From Klebsormidium nitens (lineage: Eukaryota > Plantae > Klebsormidiophyceae), in NCBI GenBank assembly GCA_000708835.1, contig DF237517.1:1-37241 (forward strand): a DNA stretch of 37,241 nt. Direction: 5' to 3'. The notes under the pieces are model-generated. The model saw only the letters and a list, made by a program, of their open reading frames with translations, made no database searches and was not told where the DNA came from. Both the position numbers and the translations under genes were made by a program. Shown in pieces: positions 30,706-37,241 of this stretch (its first letter is position 1; every line of letters begins with the position of its first letter).

Positions 30706-33700
30706 CTATGCTCCGATTTTCCGCGCTCTCTCCAACTCAAGCAGGTCTTCCTCCCACAGCGCCGAAGAAGTGTTGCCCTTGAGGAGGTCAAGGGCTGACG
30801 CCAGGGCCTCTTTGGCCGCCAAGAGCCTCTCCACCTCGTCCACCGTCAGGCTCGACAGGGGGAGCGACATGAAGCGCTGATGGTAGGCCTCGGGGATCCC
30901 TGCCGCGCTCATGTCGGCACGGATGTCTGCCACCTTGGCTTTCAGAAGTCGGACACCCCCATCGAGCACACTCGTCACAAAGAGCGCCCGGTAGGAACAG
31001 GCAGCCAGCTCCTCTTCTTTTGCTCGGATCAGGTGCAGCAGGCGGCGTTCGTAGAGGCTCAGCCGCACCCCAAAGAACTCCCGCAGGATGTCGGTCACGG
31101 TCTCAAACCGTCTTATGTGGCCGTTCGAGTCGAACAGGTGCATGTTGTTGGTGCTCAGCTTCCTGGTGAGGCAGAGCTCCTTCTCGATGTCAGGCAGGAT
31201 AGTCTCGAGCCTCTCGGGGCTGAACTCCACGGTGAAGTCCACAATCGTGTCCGTGCATTCGTTCTTGATGGACCGGGCCCCTAGCTTGTCGCTCTCCAGG
31301 AAAGCCTTGTAGGCGTCGATCGACGTCCCGATTGGCAGCTCCGTGATGCGGATGCGGCTGCTGTCGAGCCTCTCGTAAACCCCGGAAACGACGTACTCCC
31401 CCTTTTCAGACTCCCGGACGGTCCCCTTGAAGCCAGCCCAAGAAGGGTGCATCTCAATCGGGTCGAGGCCTCGCAGCATTGCCCGGATGTTGGCAATGAC
31501 GTCCTCCAGCGCGTGGTTGGGGACGTACGTGGAGAAGCCAGTGCCGATACCGGAGGCACCGTTCAGGAGGATCAAGGGTACGGTCGGGACAAAGTAGGCT
31601 GGCTCTATGGCCTTGCCGTCCTCTTCAAGGTAGGTCAGGAGGGGGCCGTCGGCAGGGTGGACAGCGCAGAGTGCAGTTGGAGTCAGGTGCGTGAAGAGGT
31701 ATCTCGGCGCGGCACCTGCGACCGCCCAAGTTGCTTCTTGAGGGGCTGTCTGCGCTTCTCTTGCAGCTTTTGACGTTCGAGATAGTCATTGGCACTGTAA
31801 AAACATGCAGAAAGGGCGGCACCGTGAGCTGCAAGACATGCAGTATCCTGTATGCCAAGCACCTTGGTTGTCACCACAGGCCTGTAACATGATGCAAGGG
31901 TGGCGCCCACCAGTGACCTGCCTGACATGCTGTCTTGTATTGGCACGCAGGTTTTGAACACGGCTCGGATGCAGAATACTCACTGTCCTTCCCGTTGGCC
32001 AGGCGCGTCCCGAACATCCCGACCGGTTCGAGCAGGTTGAGGTTGTTGGATCCCACAAACGTCTGCGCCAGGTTAATGATGGCGCCGCTCAGACTCTCCT
32101 CCCCTATGACAAAAGTAAGCTTTCACCCGTCAGATTCTCGACCCTCTCAATTTTCGAAAGGTTGTCTGACGTCAAATATGCAGAACATTGTAGTCAACTG
32201 CAAACTTGCGCACGTACACGGATGGAGCGCAACTTTCAAAAGTATTTCAAAATCTGGGACCTAGTAAATTTGACTATAGGAGGGGGGTTGAAAACACTTG
32301 CTCATGCGCGCATGCGTGTTGTAGCCATGCCGGTAAGGATAAACCAAGACTTTGTAGTTCACAGCATGCTACAGCCATTCCAGTAAGAAACAGAGGTTTG
32401 TAGTTTACAGCAAGCTCACGCATATACACGGATGGAGCGCAACTTTCAAAAGTATTTCAAAATCTGGGACCCCCCTTTTTTGACTATAGGAGGGGGGTTG
32501 AAAACACTCGCTCATCCGCGCATCTGCGCAAGAGGTTCGCCTCTCACCGTGATGGTATGCACTTCCCTCTGCGACCGCCGCGGCTAGCTGGGCCACCTTG
32601 AACTCCTCCCGAACGTTTCTTTTGATGCTGACGTGGATGATCTTCCTCGTCGAGGGTTTCAGACCGTCGATTGCACTGGGGATGGAGCGGCGGACATCAG
32701 CAATGGAGTAGTTGACAAGCTCGGTGTCCACCATCTCTGAGAGGGTCACCCGCTCGCCTACCGGCTCCGGCGCTGGGTTTGCAATCGCCTCAACGATCCA
32801 CCTCTTCCTGTCGTTTGCCCTTGCCTTTTGAAAGGCTAGCTGCATGGCCGCGGCCGCCCCGGGGTCCGTTGTGTACGTGACCTTGCTCATGTTGCTGAAG
32901 ATCTCCTTGGCATCCTTGGCGGTGGACGTGCCCAGACCTGCATCGCTCAGAAGCTTAGGAAAGTGCTCTTGGGGCAGAGCGTCAAGAAATATGGCAATGG
33001 TGGCTCGCCTGGAGACGCTTATCCAGGTGCCCGCTCCAGATGTCAGTCGACAGAAGGTCAGGATTCGTCATGATTTTGCTGCTGGAACCATCGAATTGCT
33101 CACCGCAGACACAGCCATCAGAGCTGGGCCTTCAAAGATTGCATACCTCAACTATCAGCTCTTCGAGACAAGTGCATACATAAGCCTTATGGGTGTTTCC
33201 AAACCTTTCCGGGGTATGGGATTTTCGTTCCTGCTGCTGAACACCGCACTCGCGCACATGTACTCCCTCGGTGTCAAGGAAGTGCAGCTCTTCTGTTATC
33301 CTTTAGCCGAAGGGCAGCAGACAGGCGAAGACGCACACTTGAGCAGACTACAGGCCCTCTACACGCGTTACGGTTTCCAACCAGTCCAAGACGAGAGGGA
33401 GAGGTTGACGGGTCCCGAGAGGTACCGAGTCCCTGGAAGTTCGCACCTTTCAGGAACTTGATTCGCCAGGCACCACGGGCCTCGCTCGTCTGTGCCCACT
33501 CCCTGTACTGCCGCTCCGTGAAGAACGCACGCGTCAGGCTGCTCTTGAACGCCCTGACCACGTGGGTCCTCAGGTGCCACGCAAACCCCAGCTGCAAAAG
33601 AATCCTTGTACTTTCGAATGGAGGAGACGGGGACAGCGGCAGACAAAGGCACGAGCAAAGACAAGAGTGCGGAGAACCAGCATACCATTGTCAGAGAGCC

Positions 33701-35332
33701 TTCGTTGGATGTGTGGCTGACCTCGATAAGCTCCGGCCAGCCAAACTCGACAAAGTTGAGGAAGAGCGCTCGGATGTGCGTGCCATCGCAGTCAGCATCC
33801 GTGAGGAGCATGACTCTCCCGTAGCGCAGCTCCAAGAGCGACTTGTACTTGTGGCCCTCTCGGAGGCCCAGGATCTGCTTGAGGTTGGCAATCTCCTTGT
33901 TCTCCGCAATGGCCTTGATTGGGGCGTCCCTGCAGTTGAGGATCTTCCCCCGCAGCGCAAAGACCCCGTACAACTCCCTGCCAACCACAGAAAGCCCTGC
34001 CATGGCGAAAGCACGAGCGCTGTCCCCTTCCACCACCAGGAGCGTGCATTCGGAGCTCCGCTTGCCACCCGCTTTGTTGGCATCCTCCAGCTTGGGGATC
34101 CCCCTGATGACGCTCGTCTTGTTCCCGTCCGTTCGTGACAGAGTCTTGGCCTCTCGCTCCCTTGCCTTTGCAATGATCGCGTCGGCAATCCCTAGCTTGC
34201 CCACCACCTTTCCAACCACCTCGTCTGGCACCTCGCACGTGCTCCCAAAGAGGCTGGCCTTTAGCGTGCACATCTCCTTTGTCTGAGAGCTGAAGGTGGG
34301 GTTGACGAGCGTCGCATTCACAAAGAGCATCAGCTTTTCCTTGACATGTGCTGGCCGGATAGTAGCCCCCTTCACCTTGGCCTGCAGCATTTCGGCAACC
34401 CTCCGGGTGAGCGGCGCAACCACGTGCTCCACGTGGGTGCCGCCCAGAGCCGTGTGCACGCCGTTGACGAACGAGATGGCTTGGAAGCCGTCCGCGGAAG
34501 CAGCTACACAGACCTCCCAGCGCTCGTTTGGGCGGAAGAACACGCGCGGCGCCTCCTTCTTGCACCCGATGAACAGCTCGCAGTAGCTCTCAAACCCACC
34601 CTTGGACGGGAGGTTCTTGCCATTGAAAGACACCCTCACGCTCGGACGCGTGCAGGCTGCGGCGTCGTGGGCCCTCCGGTGGAGGAGGCTGACAATCTCG
34701 TCGTTCAGGCGTTCCATGGAGAAGACAGCGAGGTCGGGTTTGAAGGAGATCTTGCAGTAGCCGTGCTTGGGATTCTTGGGGCGTGAGATCTTTGGCGGCT
34801 TGCACTTGGACATCCCGTCCTCCCAGACCTGGCAATACTTGAGCCCTCTCTCTAGGTCCAAGGTCTCAACAGCAAAGGATTGGCTGAAGACGTTGGTCAG
34901 CTTGGCCCCGTACCCGTTGCGCCCGCCGGTGGTCCGCTCCTCCGAGTCATCATAGTTTGAAGAGGTCAGGAGGTTGCCAAAGATCAGCTCAGGTATGTAC
35001 ATCTTGTAAGAGTCGTGCTCAACCACGGGGATGCCTCGCCCGCTGTTGGCCACGCTGATAAGCCCTGCCTCCACATCAACCTCAACCTTGATGGAGTCGA
35101 CGGTCGGGTCCACCTTTGTCTGGTCGATCGCGTTGACCAGGATCTCGTCCACAATCTTGTAGAGGCCAGGGACGACAGTGATCTCCTTCTCGATGGCGCG
35201 CCCTTCCTCGATGACCCAGGTCTTGGTCTGCTCTGGGACAACGGACCCTACATATGAATCTGGTCGAGTTCGGATGTGCTCGATGGGGGTGCAGCGCCTG
35301 TAAGTTGCTGAGACCTGAGCAGTCGAGGCCAT
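30706..35332 (-). CDS. TOP2: Type IIA DNA topoisomerase, short viral type, 1091 aa after splicing; exons 35332-33722, 33591-33447, 32937-32548, 32103-31984, 31715-30706
   Basis: [38 protein letters not shown]|LGTS, DGLKP, YHHG|EESL and KDS|AAPRY (catalytic Tyr at 31701-31699). Four GT-AG introns restore the frame (3276 nt). No eukaryotic C-terminal domain. Confidence 0.95.
32215..32523. repeat. About 99-nt direct repeat x2 (32215-32313, 32425-32523) inside TOP2 intron 3
   Basis: TACACGGATGGAGCGCAACTTTCAAAAGTATTTCAAAATCTGGGAC...TTGACTATAGGAGGGGGGTTGAAAACACT occurs twice, 210 nt apart. Confidence 0.95.
32991..33461 (+). CDS. GNAT-family acetyltransferase nested antisense in TOP2 intron 2 (156 aa)
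   Basis: Motif [21 protein letters not shown] and motif B LYTRYGF. Confidence 0.75.
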   Translation: MAMVARLETLIQVPAPDVSRQKVRIRHDFAAGTIELLTADTAIRAGPSKIAYLNYQLFETSAYISLMGVSKPFRGMGFSFLLLNTALAHMYSLGVKEVQLFCYPLAEGQQTGEDAHLSRLQALYTRYGFQPVQDERERLTGPERYRVPGSSHLSGT

Positions 35333-35551
35333 CTTGAATCTGAAGGAACATTCTGAGCGACAAAGGCAATATGAAGGAGGAGAAGTGTGGCCCTAGATGA
35401 GTGCAGATGGCAGCCTGTGGCGTGCAGCAGCCACGGCCTGCCTACCCATGCCCGACTGCGCCAGCTTGAAGTCCATATAAAAGGCCGATTTGAGGGTGTG
35501 AATCTTCATTTGAAGAGTTTCACCTTTTGTGAAACTCTTTGCCTTTCTTCC

Positions 35552-35848
35552 AAGGGACCTTGCATACATACATATTGGCAAGCATCGGGGGGAACCAAAA
35601 CTCTTATACTATAATCTGTTATAATTTCTTTCTTCTCCGGAGAAGGAATTATAACAGATACGTAGTACAGAGTTTTCCCTTTGGTCCCCAATTGCCAATA
35701 TATATGTATGTAAGGACATACCCCCAAAAGATGCAATATTGTAATTACCTTTTCAGAGAAGAGAATATAACAGATTAGTAGTACAAAGTTTTTCAGTAGG
35801 ACTCCAAACGCAAATATGTATGTATCTAAGGCCATACCCGGAAGAATG
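35552..35848. mobile_element. Foldback/MITE-like palindrome (about 160-nt hairpin at 35554-35716 plus a partial tandem copy)
   Basis: Centre CTTCTCC|GGAGAAG at 35638/35639. ATCTGTTATAATT pairs with AATTATAACAGAT, AAAACTCT pairs with AGAGTTTT, and 35563-35580 pairs with 35693-35710 (1 mismatch in 18). Confidence 0.7.
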
Positions 35849-36238
35849 TCATCTCACAAAACCACATGAGCATAGAGACGGCATAGAGACCTCCATCAAA
35901 GGGCTCATCTTCGAGCTTCCCTAAAGTGCGATTGCACATTGTGCAATGTACCGGCATCGCTTGGATTTGGGCTGGAGGTCTGTGGCATAGCTGGGACACA
36001 GTAACGCTCCTTGCAGCATCACCCAAAGCGGACAAGTATTCAGCGGTACCAAGCACCGTATGGCGCTTGGCGGCCACTGGATAGTGGGGGCAAAGCCCCC
36101 AAGCGAAGCGCCAGTTGACTCTGGTATTATGCCCTTTTCTTGCCTCCGTTACGTCATGGAGGCGGCACTTTGGGCGCAAATGGTAGTAAGAAGACGCAGG
36201 ACTGAGTTGAAGAAAGACACTTGTGAGCATGTGACATG

Positions 36239-37171
36239 TCATCTCAAATTTATAATCTGGTGTTCCTCAATCGCTGATCTCAGTGCAATGTTCGGCATAA
36301 GTTGTCTGTCCTCCTTATTGAGCCGCCGACCACTTATGGGGCACTGATTATGAGCTTTGAACCAGCTCTCGATTGAGCACTTGTCAAATGTTGTCCTATT
36401 GCTAATCATAATGTGCGGATCCTTCATTATCTCCTTGGATATGGGGCAGAGAAAAGCGTTCAAAACACGCTCACAGCCCTGCTGTTCTACTAAGTTTTCA
36501 TCGTCCTCATCTCTATGTCTCACTTGGTCTTTCAGCACAGCATTCTCTGACCTCAGCTGGGCCACCTGCTTCCTGAAGTGCTGCACATCTTTGCCCATCT
36601 TGCACTTCTCAGCATCCAAAAGCTCCCTCACTCTTTGGATGTCCGCCTTCAAACGTTCTTCCCTGTTCTGAGCAGCCTCCCATTCCACCTGCATTTGGTG
36701 AAGCTTTGCCTCCAACAGATGCTTCTCCTTCTCCACGTCATCCTGCAGCTGTGTCTCCCTAGCCTCGTCTTCACTACGCTGTGCTAAATTTGTCAGCACT
36801 GTTTCCACAACTTGCCTGACAGTCTCTGCATCATCTCTATCTTTGCGGGGATGCTCAACTCCTGCAACATCCAAAAGCGCTGCAATGTTGCAGATAGCAA
36901 CACATGCATTGTCTAACTTACGGGGTCTTGATGTACAGTCTTCTACCAAAGCTTTTGCACGTTGCAACTCCCGTTCAAATGGTGTTCTACTTATACGTAG
37001 GCTGACCTTTCGGAATGTCCCCGCCAAAGCACCTTCACCCAACGCTCGGTTCGCATCTTCAATGAAGGTGAGCCGACCTTCACCATTTGCCTGGCGCATC
37101 CAGGCCCCCGCTTCTCCACAGGAAGCAGCCATGCAATATGAGCAGCGGTGACAAGGCGTCATTGAGGGCAT
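36239..37171 (-). CDS. Coiled-coil plus C-terminal U-box protein, probably the last exon of a host gene
   Basis: FLCPISKEIMKDP...TFDKCSIESWF...CPISG...LMPNIALRSAI preceded by heptad-rich sequence. Confidence 0.85.
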   Translation of the reverse strand: MPSMTPCHRCSYCMAASCGEAGAWMRQANGEGRLTFIEDANRALGEGALAGTFRKVSLRISRTPFERELQRAKALVEDCTSRPRKLDNACVAICNIAALLDVAGVEHPRKDRDDAETVRQVVETVLTNLAQRSEDEARETQLQDDVEKEKHLLEAKLHQMQVEWEAAQNREERLKADIQRVRELLDAEKCKMGKDVQHFRKQVAQLRSENAVLKDQVRHRDEDDENLVEQQGCERVLNAFLCPISKEIMKDPHIMISNRTTFDKCSIESWFKAHNQCPISGRRLNKEDRQLMPNIALRSAIEEHQIINLR

Positions 37172-37241
37172 GCCAGGCGAGTGTTGTGGGCTAGTCCCCT
37201 CTTTACGGCGCGGTTGCGAGTCGGGGCACTTTACGCAGCCT

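Larger units (their letters stand above)
22452..35332. mobile_element. Endogenous giant-virus (Nucleocytoviricota-like) gene block
   Basis: About 11 tightly packed genes, mostly separated by 7-100 nt and intronless except TOP2. Includes a DVNP-like gene, a CTD-less topoisomerase II, a RING protein and an Asn-rich protein. Confidence 0.8.

Noticed and set aside
33368-35332. 654-aa ORF taken as a complete gyrase-B-like subunit of a split topoisomerase
   Set aside because: Homology stops at 33722 and resumes after GT-AG introns, so it is exon 1 plus read-through.
30706-35332. Ordinary host TOP2
   Set aside because: It has no N-terminal extension or C-terminal domain and sits among intronless virus-like genes. 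A phylogeny is still needed to be certain.
33458-35369. Many overlapping alternative-frame and antisense ORFs, also at 374-634, 10806-11345, 27349-28335 and 28656-29180
   Set aside because: Shadow ORFs of GC-rich real genes, with no motifs.

Overview
Eukaryotic draft-assembly scaffold with GT-AG introns and two N gaps. It is most consistent with a streptophyte alga or early plant (inferred from a plant-type CDPK-related kinase, a HASTY-like fragment, an expansin and TTTTAGGG repeats; Klebsormidium-like is only a guess). Spliced host genes are interleaved with compact, mostly intronless blocks that look like endogenised giant-virus (Nucleocytoviricota) DNA. Host-type parts: an LRR/DUF900-hydrolase fusion (1-2604), an ATP-grasp gene, a HASTY pseudogene, a Crinkler-type NTPase-REase gene and a U-box gene. 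Virus-like parts: 2870-5141 (glycosyltransferases, Zn-finger), a C5-methyltransferase relic, 9826-12077 (cap N7-methyltransferase, F-box) and a large block at 22452-35332. The large block has a short viral-type topoisomerase II that carries four spliceosomal introns, one of them holding an antisense GNAT ORF. It also has a DVNP-like nucleoprotein, a RING protein, an intronless expansin, an intronless truncated CRK kinase and a CsbD/LEA-like gene. The best candidate for an undescribed system is a streptophyte-infecting giant virus carrying plant-derived wall-loosening and signalling genes. All family calls come from reading motifs by eye; no database search was run.
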